A DNA stretch of 17,609 nt from a bacterium. GTDB taxonomy: Bacteria > T1Sed10-126. The notes below the pieces were generated by a model, which did not search any database, was not told the DNA's origin, and saw only the letters and a program-made list of their open reading frames with translations. Position numbers and translations under genes: made by a program. The stretch's first letter is position 1; every line of letters begins with the position of its first letter. The stretch is taken from positions 1 through 17,609 of the forward strand of contig PWOD01000039.1 in the NCBI GenBank assembly GCA_003557545.1, in the 5' to 3' direction. Positions 1-7,656 of this stretch are shown in pieces.

Positions 1-139
1 TTGAGCTGCTTTATGGTGGCCAGCTCAGCCTGACACTCAGAACAATCTTCTATATGCTGTTGAATTTTTTTCGCGACTCAGGAGACAGTTCACCATCAAT
101 ATATTTCTGTAGCTGATTATCTGTCTGTGAACAACCCAT
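1..139 (-). pseudogene. 5' portion of a zinc-finger (zf-HC2) anti-sigma factor gene. The reading frame is interrupted at an A7 homopolymer and the gene continues beyond the window start.
   Basis: The minus strand has an AGGAGG SD 9 nt upstream of ATG(139..137). Translation gives MGCSQTDNQLQKYIDGELSPESRKKFNSI*, with the stop at 52..50. Re-reading one A of the A7 run (plus T7 at 65..71), or assuming the true sequence is A8, gives ...SRKKIQQHIEDCSECQAELATIKQL to the window edge. That is the classic zf-HC2 N-terminus: Cys3 ... YxDGELS ... H-x3-C-x2-C. The gene lies 93 bp downstream of the ECF sigma gene, where an anti-sigma is expected. Confidence 0.55.
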
Positions 140-232
140 TTTGAACAACCTCCTAAAATATCCAACGATTTATTCTAGAATTCTCTTTATTCCTACTAAT
201 AAACGATTCAGACCAAATATCCCCCGAGTTAT

Positions 233-772
233 TTAGTCCATCAGCTTGATCAGCTTCTCCTTCAGCCGGTTTCTTCCCCGGGCCAGGACTCTTTCCACCG
301 CTTTCTCTGTTATTTCCAGTGTCTGAGCTATCTCCCGGTAGGAAAAGTCTTCATAATGTTGAAGAATTATTGCAACCTTCTCCCTGTGGGGCAACTGATC
401 AATTGCTTCCCGCACAGTAGATTTAACCTCCTGTTTTTCTAAACCTTCAACTGCTGTCAGTTGATCATTCTGAACAAAATTCTGTTCCTGGGGATCATAA
501 GAAAGCGGCCTATGTTTTTTCCAGTGGTCATAGCAAAGTCGTGTGACAACTCTTGTTAAATATGTGTTAAATTTAGCAGTTGGCCGGTAATTTTTCGCAT
601 TCCGAAAAATCTTCAAAAATGCTTCCTGAGCTATCTCTTCTGCATCCTCCATATTCTTCACCAATCGATAAGCTATATGCCAGGCCAGCCGTTGGTATCT
701 TTCAACCAGCTCCCCGTAGGCCTGACGATCACCTCTGGCGGTTTTTTTCATCAACTGCTTATCATCTATCAT
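233..772 (-). CDS. ECF-type sigma-70 family RNA polymerase sigma factor (179 aa)
   Basis: Region 2 is visible (RLAWHIAYRLVKNMEDAEEIAQEAFLKIF). The region-4 HTH is visible (LPHREKVAIILQHYEDFSYREIAQTLEITEKAVERVLARGRNRLKEKL). The size is typical of ECF sigmas. A ZAS-type gene follows downstream. Confidence 0.9.
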   Translation of the reverse strand: MIDDKQLMKKTARGDRQAYGELVERYQRLAWHIAYRLVKNMEDAEEIAQEAFLKIFRNAKNYRPTAKFNTYLTRVVTRLCYDHWKKHRPLSYDPQEQNFVQNDQLTAVEGLEKQEVKSTVREAIDQLPHREKVAIILQHYEDFSYREIAQTLEITEKAVERVLARGRNRLKEKLIKLMD

Positions 773-804
773 CGGTTCACCGAGCCATTTCTGTTATGAT
801 CCAA

Positions 805-835
805 CCAGCTGAAAAATCGCTGTTCAATCAGCTGG
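805..835. promoter_or_regulatory. Perfect 8-bp inverted repeat CCAGCTGA-N15-TCAGCTGG immediately after the stop of the Spy-like gene and 33 bp before the sigma gene start
   Basis: Arms at 805..812 and 828..835 are exact reverse complements. No U-run follows on the minus strand. It could be a hairpin attenuator between the two genes or a dimeric-regulator operator. Confidence 0.4.
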
Positions 836-836
836 T

Positions 837-1496
837 TTATTTGAATTGAGGACCTGTTTGACCGGTTGAATGATTATTTCTATATCCCCTGTCAGTTTGT
901 TTGCCCTGTCTCCTATCCCTTTCAAACCCTCTAGATCCTTGATAGGACGGCCTTCTATTAAAGTGCTTTCCGGCAGGTTGAGACCCTCGTTGGAAATTAA
1001 ATTGTCGTGGTTTGAAACTATCAGAAAAGAGTTCTAAGTTTGCCGGCTTCCGGAACATCTTAGTCAGGTCAGGAAACTGTTCAAGACGTATAAGGTGCAG
1101 TTCCGCCTTCAACCTGTAAAGCTCATATACCTGCTGCTGAACTGTCTCAGTATCAGGCTCAGTCTGTTGCAAAAGAGAGTTTAAATTTAGACGAATTTTA
1201 GCCATGGCAGCACGAGTATCGATTATTTGTTTTTGAGCTTCTAAACTTAACCGGTTCGGCTGTCTCGGCCGGGTGTCACTAAAATTAGTTCTTCGACTCT
1301 CACGGCCATAACGACCATCCCTTCTTTGTACCGGTGCGGTTTCACCACTGTCCAATTGGCTTTGTTCGGAACTGAAATTTATCCCTCTATTCGTCTGTTT
1401 ATGCCGCAGACCAGCTGCCAGAACCAGATTGGTTGATAAGAGAAATATTACCAGCAGAATAGCGAAATTACAAAGAGTTTGCAAAAACCGTTTCAT
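837..1496 (-). CDS. Secreted or periplasmic protein with N-terminal signal/anchor helix, LTXXQ-like motifs (Spy/CpxP/ZraP-like) and a basic R/Q/G-rich tail
   Basis: Probable start is ATG 1496..1494 with AAGGAG 8 nt upstream. The track's GTG at 1505 overlaps that SD. Hydrophobic segment FAILLVIFLLSTNLVLAAG sits near the N-terminus. The central helical region carries LSLEAQKQI and LNLNSLLQQ, which are LTXXQ-like. The C-terminal ~55 aa is rich in R, Q and G. The gene is 64 bp upstream of, and co-directional with, the ECF sigma gene. Confidence 0.5.
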   Translation of the reverse strand: MKRFLQTLCNFAILLVIFLLSTNLVLAAGLRHKQTNRGINFSSEQSQLDSGETAPVQRRDGRYGRESRRTNFSDTRPRQPNRLSLEAQKQIIDTRAAMAKIRLNLNSLLQQTEPDTETVQQQVYELYRLKAELHLIRLEQFPDLTKMFRKPANLELFSDSFKPRQFNFQRGSQPAGKHFNRRPSYQGSRGFERDRRQGKQTDRGYRNNHSTGQTGPQFK

Positions 1497-1575
1497 CTGA
1501 TTCACTCCTTAAAAAATTGTTGTAGGCTAATCTGTATGAACAAACGACCTACTCCCGAAAAACCCCCGATATTTT

Positions 1576-2898
1576 TCAGGCAGTCTGTTTAACAGCCTCA
1601 ACAAACAGTTCCAGCAGACCAATCAGTTGAGTGGGCTTAATAATCAAGGGGGGCATCAGATAGACCACTGAACCAAGAGGACGGATTAAAACCCCCTGAT
1701 CACGTAACAGTCGTTTAATTTTTACTGCCCGGTTAACCGCCGAACTGCCGGAGGATGAATCAAGATAAACAGCTCCTATCATTCCCAGAGTTCGAACTCC
1801 TCTAACCGTGTCCAGATCCCCTAAAACCTTAAGCTCCCGTTCAATCAGATCAGATAGACCAGCTATTTTTTGCAAAATTTTCAGTTCCACAAAACGATCA
1901 AGATTGGCCAGCCCCGCCGCTGCGGCGATCGGGTTACCGGCAAAGGTATGACCATGAAAAAAGGTCCGAAAAGCAGGTGGTGATTTGAAGGCAGAAAATA
2001 TCCTGTTTTTAACCAGCGCAGCACTTAAGGGCAGATAGCCCCCTGTTAACCCTTTACCCACGCAGATAATATCCGGTTCAATATCAGCATGCTGGTAAGC
2101 CCAGAACTTTCCGGTCCTGCCAAATCCCATGGCAATTTCATCGTCAATCAACAAGACATCGTTATGCAGGCAGTCCGCCGCCAGCCGGCATAAAAATCTG
2201 GCCGGATAGATATTTATACCGGAGGCCGCCTGACATAATGGTTCAACAATAAATCCCGCCAACTGTGAACTGTATTTATCGAGAAATTCTTTTGCCGGCT
2301 GATAACAGGACAGGTTACAGTTCACCGGTGTAGAATTTTCCGGACAGTTAAAACAATCCGGCCCTTTAACCGCTGGTTGCGGATTAACAAATTCTCTGAA
2401 AGGTTTATGAAACTTCGGAAGATACCCAACAGATAAGGCACCGGTTGTATCACCATGATAATCACCGGCCAGATAAGCGATATTTTTTTTCTCAGGCCGG
2501 CCTGAATTATGCCAGTACTGTAGAGCTATTTTTAGGGCGATCTCAACCGCGGATGCTCCATCACTCCCGTAATGAACTTTGCGCTCTCCCCCGGTCAACT
2601 CCACCAGTCTCTCAGCCAGTTGTACTGCTCCCGGGTGGGACTGATTACCCAGAATACTATGCTGTAACCGGGAGCTCTGATTTCTTATCGCTTCGATAAT
2701 CTCCTCATCACCGTGGCCCAGATTACAGGCCCACCAGGAAGATATTGCATCGAGATATTTTTTACCATCAACATCAAACAGATAGATACCTTTCGCCCTC
2801 TCAATAATCGGAAAATCTTCACTCATCAACTCCTGGTAATCGGTATAAGGATGCCAGAGGACCTCACGATCAAGCTCTCTATATGAACCACTGTCCAT
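1576..2898 (-). CDS. bioA: Adenosylmethionine-8-amino-7-oxononanoate aminotransferase (DAPA aminotransferase), a class III PLP aminotransferase
   Basis: 440 aa with the class-III aminotransferase motifs DDEIAMGFGRTGKFWA and a Lys in VGKGLTGGY. It is the last gene of the bio operon, 2 nt after the bioD stop. Confidence 0.9.
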   Translation of the reverse strand: MDSGSYRELDREVLWHPYTDYQELMSEDFPIIERAKGIYLFDVDGKKYLDAISSWWACNLGHGDEEIIEAIRNQSSRLQHSILGNQSHPGAVQLAERLVELTGGERKVHYGSDGASAVEIALKIALQYWHNSGRPEKKNIAYLAGDYHGDTTGALSVGYLPKFHKPFREFVNPQPAVKGPDCFNCPENSTPVNCNLSCYQPAKEFLDKYSSQLAGFIVEPLCQAASGINIYPARFLCRLAADCLHNDVLLIDDEIAMGFGRTGKFWAYQHADIEPDIICVGKGLTGGYLPLSAALVKNRIFSAFKSPPAFRTFFHGHTFAGNPIAAAAGLANLDRFVELKILQKIAGLSDLIERELKVLGDLDTVRGVRTLGMIGAVYLDSSSGSSAVNRAVKIKRLLRDQGVLIRPLGSVVYLMPPLIIKPTQLIGLLELFVEAVKQTA

Positions 2899-2900
2899 CT

Positions 2901-3650
2901 TTAATGACCCCCCTGGGCTGTCGAGGAAATTTCAGTTAACAGATCGGTTCGCAACTCAATTTCCCCCTCTATTTTTCTCCACAGATTGCCCGGTTGAAAA
3001 ATCTCTTCCATCAATTTTTCTCGATATGGAGTATAGCCCAGAACCGGCACCCTGCCCAGCTGGGGAATTATTTTCATGTTATCGTCTCTAATAACTGGAT
3101 CTGAAGCAGCTGTTAGCTGGTTAAAGATAACCCCGGCCAGATTCAAATTGGCTGTTCGCAGCCGCTCAATCGATAATAATGTGTGATTGATCGTGCCCAG
3201 GTCAGTCCGGGCGACAAGAATAATCGGAAGTTGCAGATCGATCATAAGATCAAGCATTAGATAGTCCTCGGTTAGTGGGACCATAATCCCTCCCGCCCCC
3301 TCCACAATTACCCCATCATACTGCTTTCTAATCATATGATATGTTTGTAAAATCTGTTTTACTTCAACCGAACGGTTTTCCAACCGGGCGGCCAGATGAG
3401 GAGAACAGGGTTTTTTAAAACGGGCCGGTACCAACAAATCAGTTATTTCATCGCTCGGATCGATTTCGGCGGCCGCCAGAGCCTGCTGCAAATCCGCAGA
3501 CAGCAACTCGCCAGATTTTTCTTCACAACCTGTCTGAACCGGTTTCATTGGAACAGTCGAACTATTCTGAGTGTGACAATAAGCAGTCAGCAGAGCCGTT
3601 ATATAGGTTTTTCCAACCCCTGTATCAGTTCCAGTAACAAAAAAATTCAT
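2901..3650 (-). CDS. bioD: Dethiobiotin synthetase
   Basis: N-terminal P-loop FVTGTDTGVGKT is diagnostic of BioD. Protein is 249 aa. Stop and start are nearly adjacent with both bioC and bioA. Confidence 0.9.
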   Translation of the reverse strand: MNFFVTGTDTGVGKTYITALLTAYCHTQNSSTVPMKPVQTGCEEKSGELLSADLQQALAAAEIDPSDEITDLLVPARFKKPCSPHLAARLENRSVEVKQILQTYHMIRKQYDGVIVEGAGGIMVPLTEDYLMLDLMIDLQLPIILVARTDLGTINHTLLSIERLRTANLNLAGVIFNQLTAASDPVIRDDNMKIIPQLGRVPVLGYTPYREKLMEEIFQPGNLWRKIEGEIELRTDLLTEISSTAQGGH

Positions 3651-3651
3651 C

Positions 3652-4446
3652 CTAACAATTATCTCCCTTTTTTAATGTTAAATAAATTACCTCATAAGTT
3701 GCTTGGACCTTATCATCAACGCTATAGTTTGTTTCATAGATTTTCACCAGAGATTTCAACTCAGACGGAGTTAGGGGTCTGCGCGGTGCCGCCACCTGAC
3801 CTCCCGTCACTCCCTGTTTGTTAAGTGACCACAAAAAATCGGTTCCTGAATTATGATTTTGTTGAAGCTCTTCGTGATAGTAGTTTTCAATTGAAAAACC
3901 GACTCGACTTACTAAGTTAAGCAGATCCTGTTTGGCCGGTAAATTTTTTCTCGGAAGTTTTTTCGGGGCGATATGATTACGAACCTCCTGCAGTTCCCAG
4001 AGAGTGTTTTTTAACATCATACTGAAAACCATCAAACCGCCCGGGGCGAGATGGTTCTGAAGGTTATTGAACAGCTTTTCCAACGGTTGAGCCCAGTGCA
4101 AGGAGGAGCTACTTACAATTAATGGAAATTGACAGTTCAATCTAAATTCTCGGGCGTCGGCAACAAACCACCAGCAATCTCTCCCAGTAATTTTTTTTCT
4201 GGCAGTTGCTACCATGGCCGGGGAAAGGTCAAACAGATAAAATTTGCTGTTAATGAACCGCTCAAGCAGATGAGTTGAAAACAGTCCTGTCCCACACCCT
4301 ATCTCAAGAATTCTCGAAAATTTACCCGCCGGCAAAAAACCTCCTAATCGTTCAGCAACTTTACGTTGGACGGTTGACTGTTCATCATAAGTTGAAGCTG
4401 AAGCTGAAAATTTTCTCCGGATCATTTTTGCAGATGACCCTTTCAC
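3652..4446 (-). CDS. bioC: Malonyl-ACP O-methyltransferase (SAM-dependent methyltransferase)
   Basis: SAM-binding motif ILEIGCGTGLFSTHL is present. The N-terminal region aligns with E. coli BioC. I place the start at GTG 4446..4444, 7 nt after GGGAGGA. The track's TTG at 4461 overlaps that SD. ATG at 4425 is an alternative. Confidence 0.8.
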   Translation of the reverse strand: MKGSSAKMIRRKFSASASTYDEQSTVQRKVAERLGGFLPAGKFSRILEIGCGTGLFSTHLLERFINSKFYLFDLSPAMVATARKKITGRDCWWFVADAREFRLNCQFPLIVSSSSLHWAQPLEKLFNNLQNHLAPGGLMVFSMMLKNTLWELQEVRNHIAPKKLPRKNLPAKQDLLNLVSRVGFSIENYYHEELQQNHNSGTDFLWSLNKQGVTGGQVAAPRRPLTPSELKSLVKIYETNYSVDDKVQATYEVIYLTLKKGDNC

Positions 4447-4520
4447 TATCTTTCCTCCCAATTTAATTCAGTTCATAATCCCCGAAAAATAACCTGCAAT
4501 TTCACTGTTCAACAGCTCCT

Positions 4521-4529
4521 ATTATAACA
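4521..4529 (-). promoter_or_regulatory. Extended -10 element (TGTTATAAT) inside the 136-bp bioH-bioC gap. Candidate internal promoter for bioC-bioD-bioA.
   Basis: Minus strand reads ...caaacaattgTTATAATagg, about 75 nt upstream of the bioC start. It overlaps a perfect 10-bp palindrome AACAATTGTT (4526..4535). No convincing -35 is present. Confidence 0.3.
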
Positions 4530-4597
4530 ATTGTTTGCTAAAATTTGTGACTGAGAAACAGCTCTGGCTGAAGGTCAACTCAAACAAGTCAACAAGT

Positions 4598-5320
4598 TCA
4601 AGATTTGGCTGTAATAATTTTTAAAAACCGGGCGGGATCAGTGTGGGCCAGCGCATGGCCCCCCTGGATTAACTGAAATTCGCTGTTAACAAGTTGAGTG
4701 GCCAAAAACTCACCGGCCGCCGCCGGGACGATCTGATCGTCCGCTGCTGCAACTATTAGAATTTTCTGTTCTATTTGCTGTAACTGGTTAATTAAATCAA
4801 TTTGATTTAAATAGTTAAGTCCTAAAATCAAATCACCACTATTTTTTTTTAACAGCTGGTCAATCAACCTGGCGGGCGGAATAACCGGGGATGGATCGGA
4901 AGCAAGCCGATAAAATTCTCGCAAAATTTCTGCTGGAGAGTTTTTTAATTTCTGCCGCATAGCCCTCAGATATTTTGCTGAAACCCCGGGGATCCGTGAG
5001 TTTTTACGGCCAACAAATCGCGGTGTTGCTCCGAATATTACCGGTTGAAAGGAGACATCACTTACCTGACATAGATATTCTAACAGAATTATTCCTCCCA
5101 TGGACCAGCCAACTACCCGATCCGGCGAAAACTGTTGAATGATTTGCTTGAGATTATTGCTATAAGGAAATCGCCGCGATGGGCGGGAGGCGTTTAGTTT
5201 TTTTCCCGCCAGCCGAAAATGATCGATCACCTTTATCTGAAACTGTTCGGTTTGCAGTTCCATAAGCGGCTTAAAAAATTCATCCAGATAACTCCAGCCC
5301 GGAAGAAATAAAATTTTCAT
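4598..5320 (-). CDS. bioH: Alpha/beta-hydrolase pimeloyl-ACP methyl ester esterase
   Basis: 240 aa. Nucleophile elbow GWSMGG matches E. coli BioH GWSLGG. It sits between bioF and bioC, as in Pseudomonas-type bioBFHCD operons. Confidence 0.75.
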   Translation of the reverse strand: MKILFLPGWSYLDEFFKPLMELQTEQFQIKVIDHFRLAGKKLNASRPSRRFPYSNNLKQIIQQFSPDRVVGWSMGGIILLEYLCQVSDVSFQPVIFGATPRFVGRKNSRIPGVSAKYLRAMRQKLKNSPAEILREFYRLASDPSPVIPPARLIDQLLKKNSGDLILGLNYLNQIDLINQLQQIEQKILIVAAADDQIVPAAAGEFLATQLVNSEFQLIQGGHALAHTDPARFLKIITAKS

Positions 5321-5323
5321 TGG

Positions 5324-6499
5324 CTAAACTAAACCGACTTCGGCAGCTTTTTCAATAACAGTTTCAGCCAGTTTTTTTATTACCTCTTTACTGTGAGCTA
5401 AACTCAAAGAAAATCGTATCCTGGCCTGTCCGCGCGGGACAGTTGGAGGCCGGATTGCTACTGCGACAATTCCCTCCTCCTTCAATTTATCGGCCAGCTC
5501 CAGAGCTGCGCTATTTTCCCCGACAATAAGCGGAACAATCTGACTTTGAGAATTAGCCGTTGTTAATCCGGCCTGCTCCAGTCTTGTCTTAAAAACAGTC
5601 GCTCTCCGTAAAAGTCGCTCACCCAAATCAGCCGTTGATTGTAATATTTCCAGTGCAGCCTCAGCCGCACCGATAGAGGCTGGAGGCAGGGCTGTGCTGT
5701 AGATAAAGCTCCGGGCCCGATTGATCAGCAATTCTTTGACCTGCTGGCTGGTGGCGACCACTCCCCCGTAACTACCCAGCGCTTTACTTAAAGTTGAAAC
5801 CGTTATATCAACCCGATCGGTAAGGTTTTTTTCAGCCACCAAACCAGCACCGCAGGAACCAAAAATTCCGGTACTGTGTGCCTCATCCACCAGTAAAAGA
5901 CAATCATATTTTTCTGCCAGATAACTCAGTTGTTCCAGGGGTGCCTGATCACCGTCCATACTAAAAACTGCTTCTGTAACAAGCAGCCGACGACCCCGGC
6001 TGTGACTCTTTTTTAACAGCTGCTCGAGTTGTTCAAGGTCATTATGACGATACCTCTGAAGTTTGGCCCGACTGAGCAGACATGCATCGATCAAACTGGC
6101 ATGGATTAATCGATCGGCATAGATAGAATCATGCCGGCCGACGACAGCTGTCACACTCCCCAGGTTAGCCAGATAGCCACTTCCAAAAAGCAGGGCGGCT
6201 GAATAACCTTTAAACTCTGCAAACTGCTGTTCAAACTGTTGATGACAGTCTAAACTCCCAACTACCAGCCGCGATGCAGTGGCCCCGCTACCATATTTTT
6301 CCAGATATTCTCGAGCTTTACCGATAATCCGGGGATGGGTGGCGAAATTCAAATAATCGTTAGAAGAAAAATTTAAGAGTTTTCTATCGCCTGACTTTAT
6401 TTTTCCACCGACAGCATCATAAACCACAGTTTTACGATATAAATCTTGTTGTTTTAATTTTTTTAGTTGATTGGCAAAATCCGGTACTTTATTTGACAA
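5324..6499 (-). CDS. bioF: 8-amino-7-oxononanoate synthase
   Basis: Motifs NFSSNDYL, AVFSMDGD and TLSKALG (PLP Lys) match BioF. TTG start with GGAGG 9 nt upstream. The gene overlaps the bioB 3' end by 11 nt. Confidence 0.9.
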   Translation of the reverse strand: MSNKVPDFANQLKKLKQQDLYRKTVVYDAVGGKIKSGDRKLLNFSSNDYLNFATHPRIIGKAREYLEKYGSGATASRLVVGSLDCHQQFEQQFAEFKGYSAALLFGSGYLANLGSVTAVVGRHDSIYADRLIHASLIDACLLSRAKLQRYRHNDLEQLEQLLKKSHSRGRRLLVTEAVFSMDGDQAPLEQLSYLAEKYDCLLLVDEAHSTGIFGSCGAGLVAEKNLTDRVDITVSTLSKALGSYGGVVATSQQVKELLINRARSFIYSTALPPASIGAAEAALEILQSTADLGERLLRRATVFKTRLEQAGLTTANSQSQIVPLIVGENSAALELADKLKEEGIVAVAIRPPTVPRGQARIRFSLSLAHSKEVIKKLAETVIEKAAEVGLV

Positions 6500-7451
6500 A
6501 CCCCAGATCCTCCAACATCTGCAGATCTTTTTCGACCGAACGTCCAGAAACGGTTAACAGATCACCAACCATTATTCCGGTGGCACCGGCGTAAAATACC
6601 ATCGACTGTAAATCGCGGAGATGAATTCGTCCAGCACAGATTTTAATTTCTTTTTCAGGGTTAACCAGCCGAAACATTGAAATTGTTTTTAAAATCTCCA
6701 GGGGCTCAGGTGGAGAAGATTTTTCGGTTGGACTGTTTTCTACCGGTATTAAAAAATTCAGTGGTATCGAATCGACATCCAACTTCCGCAATGTGATAGC
6801 CAGTTCAACCCTTTGTTCAAGCGTCTCCCCCAGCCCAATTATACCGCCTGAACAGATTTCGAGGCCGGCCTCTTTAGCTTTTTGAACCGTTTCCACTCGA
6901 CTGCTATAATCATGCGTTGTACATATTTCGGAGAAAAAACTGGGTGCTGTTTCCAGATTATGATGATATCGTTTCAATCCGGCCTGTTTTAACTTTTCGA
7001 ACTGTTTTACAGAAAAATCACCCATGGACGCACAGATCTCAGCTGTTTCATCCAGCTGTTCAAAGAGGCTAATAATTTGAGAAAAATCTTTATCTGATAC
7101 GGAAGGTCCACTGGTAACAAAACCAAAATTATCGATGGGCAACCGCCCGGCCCGGTCATAATGTTGCTTGAGTTCGGCAGAATCCAGAAGCGGATATTCG
7201 ACGATCTCAGTTGGATTATGAACTGATTGGGCACAAAAGCTGCAGTCCTGGCTGCAGACGCCACTTTTGGCATTGACTATTGAACAAAGTGACAGTGAAT
7301 CTGTAAAATATTTTCGGCGTATTTTATCAGCAAGGTAGAATAATCCGGCCATCAACTCTTTAGGTGCCCTTAAAACTGCCAGAGCATCGTCTGCCTTCAA
7401 ATCCTCACCAGCATTAATTTTTTTTTCAATGTTTTTGATCAAACAGCTCAT
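6489..7451 (-). CDS. bioB: Biotin synthase (radical SAM)
   Basis: CSQDCSFC (Cx3Cx2C) radical-SAM motif. 320 aa. First gene of the operon. ATG at 7451. Confidence 0.9.
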   Translation of the reverse strand: MSCLIKNIEKKINAGEDLKADDALAVLRAPKELMAGLFYLADKIRRKYFTDSLSLCSIVNAKSGVCSQDCSFCAQSVHNPTEIVEYPLLDSAELKQHYDRAGRLPIDNFGFVTSGPSVSDKDFSQIISLFEQLDETAEICASMGDFSVKQFEKLKQAGLKRYHHNLETAPSFFSEICTTHDYSSRVETVQKAKEAGLEICSGGIIGLGETLEQRVELAITLRKLDVDSIPLNFLIPVENSPTEKSSPPEPLEILKTISMFRLVNPEKEIKICAGRIHLRDLQSMVFYAGATGIMVGDLLTVSGRSVEKDLQMLEDLGFVK

Positions 7452-7656
7452 TTTATTACACTCACAATAGTAATTTTACAGATCGAGAAAACAGATTCTG
7501 AAAGATATACTCTTTTTAACCTGGTAAATCCTACATTAAATAAGGTTTTTTTAGAAGCGCTGTTCTGTTTGTCAGCCAGAACCGGTTGGTTTTTTAGACA
7601 CAATATAGTATCGTAGATAGTAGCAGTTTAATGTAATTTTAAGGGTGACCGTTTAA

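Noticed and set aside
580-849. 89-aa plus-strand ORF antisense to the ECF sigma gene
   Set aside because: It lies wholly inside a well-supported minus-strand gene, has no SD and shows no recognizable motifs. It is a typical shadow ORF.
1553-1580. Possible terminator hairpin after bioA (CCTGAAAAA-TATCGGGGG-TTTTTCGGG on the minus strand)
   Set aside because: The stem is imperfect and almost pure A/U with a 9-nt G-rich loop. This is too weak to call. bioA may be terminated by read-through into, or Rho action before, the downstream Spy-like gene.
3396-3824. 142-aa plus-strand ORF spanning the bioD/bioC junction
   Set aside because: It is antisense to two strongly supported bio genes and has a low-complexity translation. 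The same applies to the shadow ORFs at 2445..2699, 4275..4466, 7007..7273 and 7628..7828.
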